Below, one piece after another: positions 10,994 to 22,610 of a DNA stretch of 64,000 bases. The notes under the pieces are model-generated. The model was not told the origin of the DNA and made no database searches. It worked only from the letters and a program-made list of their open reading frames with translations. The stretch is taken from contig OZ360222.1 in assembly GCA_977017645.1 (NCBI GenBank), positions 230,330,001 through 230,394,000 on the forward strand, read 5' to 3'. A program made the translations under genes and the position numbers. Every line of letters starts with the position of its first letter. Position 1 is the stretch's first letter. This DNA comes from Torpedo marmorata. Lineage: Eukaryota.

Positions 10994-11195
10994 TGTCATG
11001 TATTTTCCCTTTGAAATAACCTCACTCGAGAGAAGCTGTAAGCATCTTTATTCATGCCAAGATGGCGCCAAACTGAACCTCCCCATACAATGTAACTCCG
11101 TGTATATGACATCAGGCGCACATGCGCGTTCCCATGAATAAAGATGCTTACAGCTTCTCTCAAGTGAGGTTATTTCAAAGGGAAAATACATGACA
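10994..11195 (-). repeat. 5' LTR (10994-11135) with an appended inverted 62-bp copy of its U5 end (11134-11195)
   Basis: 10994-11055 and 11134-11195 are reverse complements with 1 mismatch; junction at palindromic CATG. Confidence 0.88.
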
Positions 11196-11200
11196 AATGG

Positions 11201-12410
11201 TGGGAATGCTTTTGAAAACATTGATCCAGGACAGGATTATACATCTGTAGGAAACTGCATAGAATAAGACAAGACATCACAAGTTTCTTCATGGCAGCTC
11301 CAGTTTAACCAATTTGATTGATTTTTTGATGCGATAACAGAGTTAAGGAGGGTAATGCAGTCAATGTGTGTGGGGCCTCCAGAACACTTCTGATAAAGTG
11401 CCTCATTACAGGCCTATCAACAAAGTCAGGGAACATGGCATGAAAGGGCATTGATAAAATGGATAAGAAATTGGTTCAGTAATAAATAACTCAGGGTCAC
11501 GGTGAACTGTTATTATTCAAATGAGAGGAAGATGAATAGTAATGTTTCACGGGAATTGGAATTTTTAATCTCTATTAATGTCTTGAATCTGGGGATGCAG
11601 GCCACAATTTCTAAGTGTGTAGATGACACAAAACTTGACAATATTGTGAACAGCAGGGAGGGTACTGATTAGTTGCAGCAGGCTGATGGAATGGACACAC
11701 ACATGCAGGTGAAGTTTAACGTGGAGAAATGAGGTGATGCATTTTGGTTAGAAGAATGAGGAGTGACAATATAGAATAAAGGATACTGATGTAAAAAAAG
11801 ATGCAGGAGCAATGAAACCTGGAGGGGTGAACCACAATCATTGAAAGTGTCAGGGCAGGTTGAGAAAGTGCTTAATGAGGTTACATGGTTTTGGCCTTCA
11901 TCAATCTGGAGGTATAGAGAGTAAAAGGAAGGAAGTAATGCTGAGCCTTTTGTAAAACTGGTCCAGCCTCAATTTGAACTCTCTTCAATTTTGTTTGCTA
12001 CATTTATAGGAAACAGGGGAGGGAGTTGGAGAGAGGGTCCGTAAAAGATTTGGGACTAGGGATACTGGGATTAGGGACGGTTGTTACGAGGATGGATTAG
12101 AGATGCTAGGACTGGTTTCTTTAAAGAGAAGGATGAGGGAAGATTTGTTGGAAGCATAAAAAAATGGAAACATCTGAATAGAGTGGATATTTGTGGGGGA
12201 CTGGTTGAGGATGAGAGGGCACAGATATAAAATAAGTGATAGCGAATAAGTAGTGACATGAGGGAAAACTTCCTTATGTAGAGTGTGGTTGTAATCTGAA
12301 TGCATTCCTGCGATGGAAACAGATTCCATTGTGGCCTTCCAGAGGGAACTGAATAAGTGAATTATGAGGAAAAGTTTGCAAGGCTACAGAGAAAGGGCAT
12401 GAGGATTAGT
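11201..12410 (+). mobile_element. Decayed CR1 RT region (continuation of the element interrupted at 8400)
   Basis: Degenerate DKVPH (11392-11406), SKCVDDTKL (11610-11636), HFG, and 3' YRVWL..NAFL motifs. Confidence 0.72.
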
Positions 12411-12930
12411 GAGTTAAACAATCTGTTGGAAGAACTCAGCGGGTCGAGCAACATTAGTTGGAAAAAAATAATGGTCAACGTTTTGGGCTGGATCCTCTCA
12501 TCAAGGTGAGGAACGCAAAGAGAAGTCAGTGCAAAGAGGACAGGTTGGGAGGCGCAGGACAGTGGCCCATGTGGGATTCGTGAGCCAGGGAGAGGTGAAG
12601 CATGGTGGACAGAGGCAGAAAATTGGTAGGTCCCATAAAAAGGGAGAGAGAGGCTGAAAAAGCAAAGGGATCAGCTGGAGGAAGATGAGTCATACAGAGT
12701 GGGGTGGAAGATAAAGTTGGCCAGTGCTAGAATCAGAAGACGAGAAGGTGACTATGGTGGAATAAAGAGAGTCCAGATTGAACCAAAGTGGGGGGGGGGA
12801 GAGAGAGAGAGCAGAAGAATTCAGAGTCGAGAGAGAGTGGAGGGGGGGGCAGTAAGGGTGGGTGAGAAAGGGAACATAAAATGGGGGAAGGGCAGGGGGA
12901 AAAGAGAATGACCCTGTGAATTGCTGTGGC
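12410..12930 (-). mobile_element. Decayed Penelope-like 3'/pLTR fragment with purine-rich tract
   Basis: ttggaagaactcagcgggtc family motif; degenerate hammerhead on minus strand at about 12472-12505. Confidence 0.55.
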
Positions 12931-14672
12931 AGACACAATGGCCTCCTGATCTGAAACCACTCTCTATCTGTGAAACTGGATAGCTGTTTCATAGGTGGTT
13001 CTTCCATAATTAGCTACATGGCTGCCTTGATCTGCAATTGCAGGCAAAAATACTGAGCAGCTTGATGTTACTTTCCTTTGTTTTATTGTATTAATCTTCA
13101 CCATTGTTGTTAGAGTCCTTTCTTTATTTAAGTCATTGGTGGAGGGAATCTCTCATTTATGTTTTACACGAGTGAAAACCTTGTTTGCACAATGTTGTTG
13201 TTAGTTAGTATAAAGCAAAACCAGTTGTTGTATCAGTGGAAACCAAGAGCCTGAAGTGAAATGTGAATAAGTTGTCTTTAACTGAGATGAGATCAGTGCA
13301 AAAATAATCCACCAGCATTTGGAATTTACAGATAGAGGATGAATGGTATGAGAACTGGTTGCATTTAGAGAGCTTTTTCCATAATGTTTACAGATTTGTT
13401 GGAATTTTCTTGTCATGACTATAAGCTTTGAATTTTTAATGGTACATATGGCCAAGAAAGGTCAATGCTAGTACAGTATTCAAAGAAGAAACATGATTGT
13501 TTCCAACTGTGTATATATATCTTGCCTTTTAATAATGACAAAACCAGTAAATATTTAGGGTATAAAAAAAGTACGATAATACGAACCTGCTTATTTATGT
13601 AAATATTACATTCCTCTATCAATGGTCATGTATTGATTACAGTAAAACATTTTGTGAATTTCTTTCTTTGAATTATGCTTTCATGCAATTATTTACGCCT
13701 TTATTTTACCCCTGCATTGTTTGCAAGGTCTCATTTGGTTTAACATTGGTTTCTTTATAGGTTTCATTTGTACAATCAGATTTTTGAACATTAGTTGAGG
13801 CAAGTGTTGTGTTAATCTGAGTCTCTCATGTAATGTGAGTATTTGATTTTGTTTCCATCTCATTTGAGTCATAACTGTAAACATTTAAATTTTTTAACTG
13901 CTCTATGTAATGACAAAATACAGAACCAGTTTACATTTTTGAACAGCCTTAAGATCCATCAAGGAAACATTTCTCATGTCCAATATATTGGTGAACAATA
14001 TTTCTTTTGTCATTTTGATCCAGTGTCTGTGATTTAAAAAAAAAAAAATCCTTGAATGCTGGATTCTCAAATTTGGAGTTGTGTCAAGGACAGAAGTTCA
14101 TGATGGAAGCACAAATCTATCACCCTGTTTCTACTTATAACATTTTTCCTGTTGTATTTTATTTTTGAGCTTTACCTTTTCTTAACTCCTGTGGCATTTC
14201 ACATGGTGAAATAAACAGGTAGCAAAATCAGGACCGTGACCAAACACTTGATAGCACACATGGGTACAGAGAAGAATCTTAAAGAATGGGAGCTTTCTAA
14301 GGAGTAAGGCCATGCCGGCTGAAGGTTCTGCTAGTATGCAGATTTGAAAGGAGAATGGGGCACATGAAAGCTAAAGGGAAAGAATCAAATTCTCTCAGTA
14401 TTCGTGGTGTTGGGTGAGGAGAATTGTAGGTGGTTATAGAGTAGAGTAACAAGTTTGAAGAAGAGCATTTTGAAGAAGTATTGCGGTGGACAGAGTCAGT
14501 GTGAAGAGAAATAATTAGTAAATAAGACTTGTCGCAGGTAAGCATGTATGGAACTGCAGTCCTTCTGTTGAATTTTGCAGGATCAAAGACAGAAAGTCAA
14601 TTAATCCAGTCTATAGTTAAAGAGCGTAGAAGTAGAAGCATTGAAGTAAAGGAGTCAAAAGACAAATATTCT

Positions 14673-17073
14673 ATTTGCCAGATTTGGTACATTTAGATCA
14701 AGCTGGTTTTATTAAAAATAGATATTCAAAGGATAATATCGCTAGGTTAATTAGTTTAATTGGTTTGCATAAAAAGAAGGAAGATTTACCATTAGTTGTA
14801 ACATTAGATGCTGAAAAGGCTTTTGATAGACTAGAATGGAATTTTTTATTTAAGGTGTTAGAAAAATTTGGTTTTGGAAATATACCGGTATTTATAAATT
14901 GGATTAAAACTATATATAAAGAACCATCAGCTAAAGTAATTACAAATGGACAAATATCGTCAAAATTCTCTTTGACACGATCTACGAGACAGGGATCTCC
15001 CCTGTCACCAGCTTTATTTGTTTTGGCAATAGAACCTTTGGCTGAATTAGTTAGAAAAAATCCTAAAATAGTGGGTATCAAAGTTGGTATGGAAGAACAT
15101 AAAATTAGTTTGTTTGCAGATGATGTATTGATATATATGACAAAATCTATTATATCACTTCAACAATTATCTATTATATTAAGAGAATATGGTGAAATAT
15201 CTGGATATAAAATTAATTCAGATAAGAGTGAAATAATGGCTTTATCTCAAGGTGATTATACTAGATGTAAAGAAGTAACACAATTTAAATGGGCTAAAGA
15301 GGGAATTAAATATTTAGGGGTTAAAGTTGGTACAAAATTGGAAAATTTATATAAATTAAATTATTTACCATTATTTGTGAAAATAAAGAAGGATTTAGAG
15401 AATTGGAAAGATTTACCTATAACTTTAATGGGAAGGGTAAATTGTATTAAAATGAATATTTTTCCAAGAGTTCAGTATCTTTTTCAATCAATTCCTTTTG
15501 GAATTCCTCAAAAATTTTTTAAAGATTTAAATTTTATTATTAGGAAATTTTTGTGGAAAGGAAAGTTAGCAAGAGTAAGTATGGAAAAATTAACTTGGAA
15601 CTATGAGTTGGGTGGATTGCAACTTCCTAATTTCCAAAATTATTATAAAGCAGCCCAATTAAAATTTGTTAATGAATTTTTTGATTCAAACAAAACTTCT
15701 GCTTGGATTAAAATAGAATTAAATAATATAGGAGAAAATTTTAAAGAAGAGATTATTTATAAATGGGATTCTAAATTAATATCAGTTAAAAAGAAAAATT
15801 CACCAATCATTAAACATTTGTTAGAAATATGGGGTAAGTTGGATAAAGAGATAGGTGGAAGAGGATTAATTTCTTCAAATATGCCTTTATATCAAAATTG
15901 ACTTATTCCATTTACTATTAATAATCAGTTATTTAGAATTTGGTTTCAAAAAGGTATTAAGAAGATTAATGATTGTTTTGAAGCTGGAAGATTTATCACG
16001 TTTCAAAGAATGAAAGATAAATTTAATATATTAGATAATACATTTTTAGCTTATTATCAAGTTAAAGCTTTTTTAATCAAGAAATTAGGTCATGCTTTGA
16101 TTTTACCAAGACAAAATGAATTAGAATTATTAGTCACCAATGGAGAAGTTAATAAATTTATTTCTCAAATGTATAAATTGTTTCAGAAGAAAATGCCTAA
16201 AGTAGGAATTCATAAATCAAGATTAAATTGGGAAACAGATTTGAATGTAAGAATAGATGAAAATCATTGGAAAGAATTATGTAAATTAAGTATGACGAAG
16301 ATTATCAATGTTAGATATAGATTAGTACAATATAATTTTTTTCATCAATTATATTTAACACCTAAAAAATTAAAGAAATTTAATCCAACATTATCAGGTT
16401 TATGTTTTAGATGTAATAATGAGGAAGGTTCTTTTGTACATTCTACATGGTTTTGTCCAAAGATTCAAGATTTTTGGTTGAAAGTAAAAAAAAATTTAGA
16501 TAAAGTATTTAATATTACATTTCCAATGGATCCTATGTTATTTTTATTTGGAGATATTAGAAAATTTAGTATTAAAAAGAAATTAAATATGTTTCAAGTA
16601 GAATTTTTACGAATTGCTTTAGCAGTTTCGAAAAAATGCATTGCTATTACTTGGAAATCTGACTTAGATTTAGGATTAGAAAGATGGCATGCAGAACTTC
16701 GTTCGTGTATACCACTGGAAAAAATTACTTATAATCTACGTAATAAATATCATTTCTTTTTGAAAATTTGGAGCCCATATATGAGAGCTGTGGGTTTAAG
16801 GATTTGAAGATCTCTAGATATCGGATCTACTGGCAAACTTGACCTCCGTAATAGAATTAGTTTATAGATGATATTCCCCTTACTCTATTTTTTCCTTTCT
16901 TTTCTTTTTTCTATTTTTATTTTTACTGTTACTTTATATTATTAGATTAGTGGGGAGGGGGGGCTAGGGAGGGGAGGGAGATGGGGGGGTGAAAATATAT
17001 CACATGTATTTTGACAATTTTATATTTTACTCTATGTATTTTGTGATTTAAAAGTTTAAATAAAATAATAAAA
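14673..17073 (+). mobile_element. Young 5'-truncated L1 LINE (ORF2 RT and C-terminal Cys-rich domain, 3' UTR, polyA)
   Basis: DQAGF, LDAEKAFDRLEW, TRQGSPLSP, LFADD, IKYLGV, GGLQLP, CFRC..HSTWFC; single in-frame TGA at 15899; AATAAA at 17059; 16-bp TSD AAAAGACAAATATTCT (14657-14672, 17074-17089). Confidence 0.95.
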
Positions 17074-17769
17074 AAAAGACAAATATTCTGCTAGAAAGTG
17101 TATTTGGGATTTCAAAGTGTCAAAACCTGCAAGGGTTTTGCATGTGGTTGGAGAGAGAAATGGTACAGTAGTGAGGAGGCAAAGTTTTCGGGCTTTGGTT
17201 GTAGGAAGCCTGACAGCCTGGCAAAGTAGAAGTTTCCAGAGTACAGCTGGAATAAAATTGGTGGATTTGTAAAAGCTGATATCATTTCTGTCAAGAGGTA
17301 GCATTTAGGTAAGAAAATCAACAGAGAATTCCAGGCAAGTCTCGGTCATGGTACGCAGATAAGTAAGGAGGTAATCACTGGAGTTACAATGGCTGCACTT
17401 GGATTGATAGGAGTGCAATCCAAAGGAGACGAGATGAGGCCTAGTAATTAGCACAAACAAAACAAGAAAGGATTGCTGTCCCAGAGAGAAAAGAATATAA
17501 ATCATCATGAATTAGGAGAATGTCATTGTGTTTTTTGTGTGTGGTCACCTCAGTATTGTGAATGGAAGTCATTGGTTGCAGAAACAGGGAGCCAAAATGT
17601 TCAACATAATGCAAAAATGAGAATGAATGCAAATTTGAAGGAATATGGAATCAAGTTTCAAATGTGACCACATATCACAACAGTACATGACAGGAAGACC
17701 AAATATTGAACAATCTTCCCTCAGTAAACAATTTTAAATGTATAAATTCTGTGTTTTTGTTTTCAAATA

Positions 17770-18008
17770 TTTTTTTTAAATTTGGTAACAGGCCCTTCCG
17801 ACCCTCGAGTCACCCAATTACACCCATGCAATGAATTAACCTACCAACCCGAACTTCTTTGGACCGTGTGAGGAAACCGGAGCACCTGGAGGAAACCTAC
17901 ACAGACACAAGGAGAACATACAAACTCCTAACAGGCAGTGGCGAATTCGAACCTAAATCACTGGCGCTGTAATAGCGTTGGGCTAACCGCTACGCTAACC
18001 GCGCTTCC
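17770..18008 (-). mobile_element. tRNA-derived SINE
   Basis: Minus strand gcgcggttagcgtagcggttagc (box A) ... ggttcgaattc (box B) ... ggagtttgtatgttctcc core; homologous to 19030-19272, 19664-19925, 22349-22610. Confidence 0.8.
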
Positions 18009-18410
18009 CATCTTTTCCTGTACAAAAAATAATAATCCTCTGTAATACATTTCTAAATGTATGAAAACTCCAGATCCAAAATGTAATTGGGAATCCCCAG
18101 AATCATCCAAGATGTTCTCATCAGGTGAGATGTATCACATCAGCAGGAGTGGTTACTCGGACGATATCCCTGCTGAAACATATTCTGGATGGCAGATTGA
18201 GGTTGTTATTTTACATTCAAAATATGCTGTTCTACATACTTCGTCTTTTGATTTCTATTTTTCACTTGTGTCATCAATGCACATATTGTTCAACAAATAA
18301 TGCAAGTTTACTCAATATTTATGCCTTTTGTTGCTAAATGATCCATTTCATGTCTGCAGTCATAATTCAGATATTTTGTACATACCCTTGTGTTTTGTTT
18401 TTCTTCTCAG

Positions 18411-18564
18411 TTTGATATTTCTGAAGACAAGTGTGAAAAGCATGGATTTCTTTGACTTACTTTGGATTGCAGGAATCACAGACTTTGTCCTGAAATACAT
18501 CACAATTGGTTTCAAGTGTCTGGTCCTCATTCTGCCCAGAATTATCTTGGCTTTCAAGTCAAGG
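18411..18564 (+). CDS. RNFT2: RNFT2 coding exon (LIFLKTSVKSMDFFDLLWIAGITDFVLKYITIGFKCLVLILPRIILAFKSR)
   Basis: Polypyrimidine tract plus AG at 18409-18410, GTATGT donor; RNFT-family motif FFDLLW..GI.DFVLKYITI..KC. Confidence 0.93.
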
Positions 18565-19029
18565 GTATGTTGGTCCTGTTTTCTGTTCATTTCTATGCAA
18601 AAGTCATTCTCTTATCAGGGATACTTTAATTTAACATATTTATAATTCACTTTAAGTGCTCTCATTTCCAAAGAATGGATTAAAAGAAGTTTGTAACATG
18701 TTAATTGAGCAGAGGAACTTTTCATGTTGATGCCATTTATTCTCAAAAGAATAGCCACTAATAATGTCATTCAAAGACTTTGCCGAGAATTGCTGGAGCA
18801 CACACAGTTCAATGATTTTGCACGCCAGTAAAATATAGTTGTGTTTTTTTTAATCTGCTTGCTAAGCTTGGTCCAATACTTTATGAATTAGCAGTACACC
18901 TGCTGAAATTTGTCCCAGCTCCACCATGTGTAAGATGCACAGAGGTGTAAATTGCTACCTTTGATGTCACCCATGAGATCGCCCACAAAGGACGGCTTAA
19001 AGGGAGCTTTAATGGGTGCTTTGTTGTTT

Positions 19030-19272
19030 TTTTTATATTTTAGAGATACAGCATGGTAACAGTCCCTTCCGGCCCATGAGCCCGTGCCACCCAAATACAC
19101 CAATTAACCTACAAACCCCGTACGTTTTTGGAGAGTGGGTGGAAACCAAATTATCCAGAGGAAAACCATGGGGAGAATGTACAAACTCCTTACAGACAGT
19201 GGCGGTTTCAAACCCAGGTCATTGGCGCTGTAATAACGTTGCACTAACCGCTACTCTAACCGTGCCACCCTA
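19030..19272 (-). mobile_element. tRNA-derived SINE
   Basis: Same family as 17770-18008; box A/B on minus strand. Confidence 0.8.
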
Positions 19273-19614
19273 ATGATGTTAGGTAAAGGGGCCGTTTGTA
19301 CATTAGCCACTGCCAGCGCCTCCAAGCAAGCGAGTATGTTCATTGTTTGTAATCAGCACCTCCCTTTGGAGCCTCACAATCATCTTTAAAAAGATGCCTC
19401 TCAATGCCCCCGATCTTCTTCTCCCCACCCAACCCCCAATTCATTTCCTCTAGTATCACCACTCTCCAAAGGGCCAAAATCAGTTATGTAAGGTATTTGG
19501 TACCACATATTGCCTGGGGCTGCTTCAAGCTCACAGGTAGTATGCAAAACTGGTATGGTCCCAGGAACAATACGATTTTAACATGATTTTTTAGGAATGT
19601 TGCAGTGTCTAGAT

Positions 19615-20071
19615 CAGCCATTCTCAACCTTTTTTAGGGCTTTGCTCAAAGTTTAGCGTAGCAGGGCGGCACAGTTAGCATAGCGGTTAGCACAACGCTG
19701 TTACAGCGCCAGCTACCCAGGTTCAAATCTGGTGCTGTCTGTAGGGAGCCTGTATATTTTCCCCGTGTCTATGTGGGTTTTCTCTGGGTGGTCCGGTTTC
19801 CTCCCACCCTTCAAAAAACATACGGGTTTTGTAGGTTAATTGGGTGTAATTGGGCAGCATGGGCTTATGGGCCGGAAGGGTCTGTTACCATGCTTTATGT
19901 CTAAATTTAAATTTAGAATTTAAATTTATGGGCCCCCTTCCCTGCAAAGCAGTCAAGTTTAGTTGATTTCTTCTGTACTTCTCTCCTTCTGACTACATAA
20001 AAAATAACAAATATTTTATTTCATTCCGTGGCCCCCCTTAAATGTGCTGTGGCCCCCATTGAAAATAGCTG
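19615..20071. mobile_element. hAT (Charlie-like) MITE with a nested SINE
   Basis: Termini CAGCCATTCTCAA / TTGAAAATAGCTG; 8-bp TSD GTCTAGAT / ATCTAGAT (NTCTAGAN); homologous to 41145-41361. Confidence 0.82.
19664..19925 (+). mobile_element. tRNA-derived SINE nested in the hAT MITE
   Basis: gggcggcacagttagcatagcggttagc ... ggttcaaatc ... tail tctaaatttaaattta. Confidence 0.8.
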
Positions 20072-20389
20072 ATCTAGATCATTGGTTTTAAATTCTTTGG
20101 AAAGATTTACGTAAGAATCATTCTGTGCCTGTGCCTGGATTGTATAAATCACTCATAAGGATCGTAATTTGAAATGCCCTATTTGCTTATCTCATTTTGA
20201 TGCACTAATCAATATTTGTGGCTTGGCTTTTATCCTATGACACGTATGGTGTAGTTTTTCATAATAGTTACATCTTCGTGAACACATTGTGAAATGCGCG
20301 ATGCATTGTCAATTGGAGAGAATATGTACTTCACTATTCTTATGGACCTGAGAATCCTGTTTGTTTATTATCGCAGTCATAGAATATTT

Positions 20390-21010
20390 CTGATACAGAG
20401 AGACATGCAGCCCAGTGTCTTTGTGACAATCGGAATAAAGTCTATCTGGCCTAATCCCACCTTCCAGCGGTAGGTCCATAACAGACCATGTCTGTTCAAA
20501 TACAGTTTAAATATGATCAAGGTTTTTGTCTCTCATTTATTTCTCATTCAATTTTATTTCATTCATTCTAAGCCCCCTTCGTTTTGATTCCCCTGCCAAG
20601 GGAATTTGATCCTTCCTATTTATCTACTCCCCTCATAATTTCATGCACCCCAGTTATATCGACCCTCAGATTCCTCTGTTCCAAAGAAAAGCAGCCTCGC
20701 TTATCCAACCCTTTTCAGCCCTCATAATATCTTTGTTCATCTTCTCCTGCGCCCTTTGCAGAGCAATTACAACATTCCTGTAATATACTGATCAGAATAG
20801 CACAGGTGTAACTATTTTGTGTACAGCTCTGGCATGACTTTCCTGCTCTTGTATTCTGTGAAGTAAAGCATCCTCTTTAATATGCACCTTTTTGGCCACC
20901 TTGTTCAGCTGCCACTAAAAATCTGTGTGCATGCACTTTAAAGACCCACTGTTCCTACACACCACTTAATATCTTGCAATTTATTGTTCGTTCACCTGCC
21001 TTGATGCCAT
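20390..21010 (-). mobile_element. Very decayed CR1 3' fragment
   Basis: Residual ccctcataatt..caccc..tcagattcctctgttccaaagaaaa and tactgatcagaatagcaca (reverse of RGDL / VQFWSP region). Confidence 0.55.
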
Positions 21011-22348
21011 CCACTATTTTTTCTGGCTTTCTTTGTTATGCTACCTGACAAACCAGCCCCCCACCCCCCCCCCCCCCTCCACCTCCCTATTCCCCATCAT
21101 CCAGGGTTTCTCTGATATCCAGTGATGCCAAATAGAAGATAAGGCATGTTTCTTCAGCCCTTCCTCAAAATGGGTGGCATAAAGAAGCAAAATGACATCC
21201 AGCATTCTTTTAACAATAAAGTGAACCAGTGTCTAAAAGCATTTGTTTTGCACTTTAACAAGCATATTGATGGCTAATTGGCGAGTGTGAAAATATAATA
21301 TATCAGAGAACATGCAGAATAATCAAAAATCGATTAAGCAAAGTCTAAATACTGATTGACATCAACCTATACACAGTCTATCTCTGTAGATAAATGGAGC
21401 AGCTTTTCATTTTTTAAAAAGACAGATTTATTCAAGTAAACATGGAAAAAGAATAACTTCTGGATGTATCCCATAGTCTTGTTAACCTTTTCTATATTAG
21501 ACAGATTAAAATACAGGGAGAAAGCATCAGATAAATGAACAACTTAACCAGTACTGAAGATAAATTGTGCTCAAATCTATAGTTTTTGCCCTTGTCGGAC
21601 TGTCTGAATGACTGCTTAAATTGAAGTAAATCTTGCTCAGACATCACCCTGAAACTTAGGTCGCTGAATCCATTACCGTCACCACTGACTCTTGTTTTCT
21701 GAGCAGTTGTTGAAGCACTTTAGAAGGGCAGTGTACATGGTTTCTGCACTTCGGTTTGTGAGGTATGATGTCATTATTTAGATTGAAAGATCTTTTCATC
21801 TCTCATTACCACAAGATGCTGTTGGGATGTAACTTATTTGACCTTTTATTTCTGTTCTTTCAATGGGCTCTGGGTTCAAAGATTTTGTGATAACTATAGA
21901 TTCATGTCATTATTAATAGTCATATTTTAAGTTCCAATTTGACCTTCAATTATTTATCAGTAAATGTTTTTTTATGGAAGTATAATGCAACAGATCATAG
22001 GGCAAGTCATTTTTGTGAAAGGAAGGCACAGCACCCGCCTAATTTCTTCACCAACCTAACAATAAATATAACTGATTTTGTAATATCTGCTATTCAACTT
22101 GGAGAAAGTTCTGAAAGAGAAGGATGCAGAAAAGAGAAGGCAGATGAATGTAATAAGAATTATTGAAAACTTGTGAACAGATGAGTTGCAAAAGATCATT
22201 GGTGTGGGTGTACTAGATATTGGATGAACTAGGGTAATAGAAGTTAATTGCCTTTTGATATTGATGCCTTCTAACAAAGGTTATTTTCCACATTCTATTA
22301 AATTTGTTCCTGTTTGACTTCTGTATTGAATATTTTTATTCTAAATAT

Positions 22349-22610
22349 GGCGGCACGGTTGGCGTAGCGGTTAGCGCAACGCCAGCGATCGGGACCGGAC
22401 CTGGATTTGAATCTCGTGCTGTCTGTAAGGAGTTTGTACGATCTCCCCGTGTCTGCGTGGTTTTACTCCGGGGGCTCCGGTTTCCTCCCACCCTTCAAAA
22501 ACGTACCGGGGTGTAGGTTAATGGGGTGTAAATTGGGCGGCACGGACTCGTAGGGCCGAATTGGCCTGTGACAGAGCTGTATGTCTAAATTTTTAAATAA
22601 ATTTAAAATT
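22349..22610 (+). mobile_element. tRNA-derived SINE
   Basis: ggcggcacggttggcgtagcggttagcgc (box A), ggatttgaatc (box B), conserved core, AT-rich tail. Confidence 0.82.

Larger units (their letters stand above)
8401..11195 (-). mobile_element. Non-autonomous Gypsy-type LTR retroelement carrying a captured PRC1 mRNA fragment
   Basis: TSD AATGG at 8396-8400 and 11196-11200; TG...CA termini; direct repeats 8401-8547 and 10994-11135; PBS 10978-10990; PPT 8548-8559; integrase-tail-like RRSKRERHPPVHLKDNVQ* at 8823-8767; no RT/RNase H/integrase core. Confidence 0.9.

Noticed and set aside
10252-11014. Long plus-strand ORFs (187-244 aa)
   Set aside because: Antisense to the element and caused by stop-poor GC and CT repeats.
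8401-11195. DNA transposon (Pack-type) or DIRS interpretation of the terminal inverted repeats
   Set aside because: PBS, PPT, direct LTRs, a 5-bp TSD and an intronless cargo all point to an integrase-type LTR retroelement; DIRS elements normally make no TSD.
17770-22610. tRNA genes at the box A/B motifs
   Set aside because: No complete cloverleaf; each head continues into a shared SINE core and AT-rich tail.
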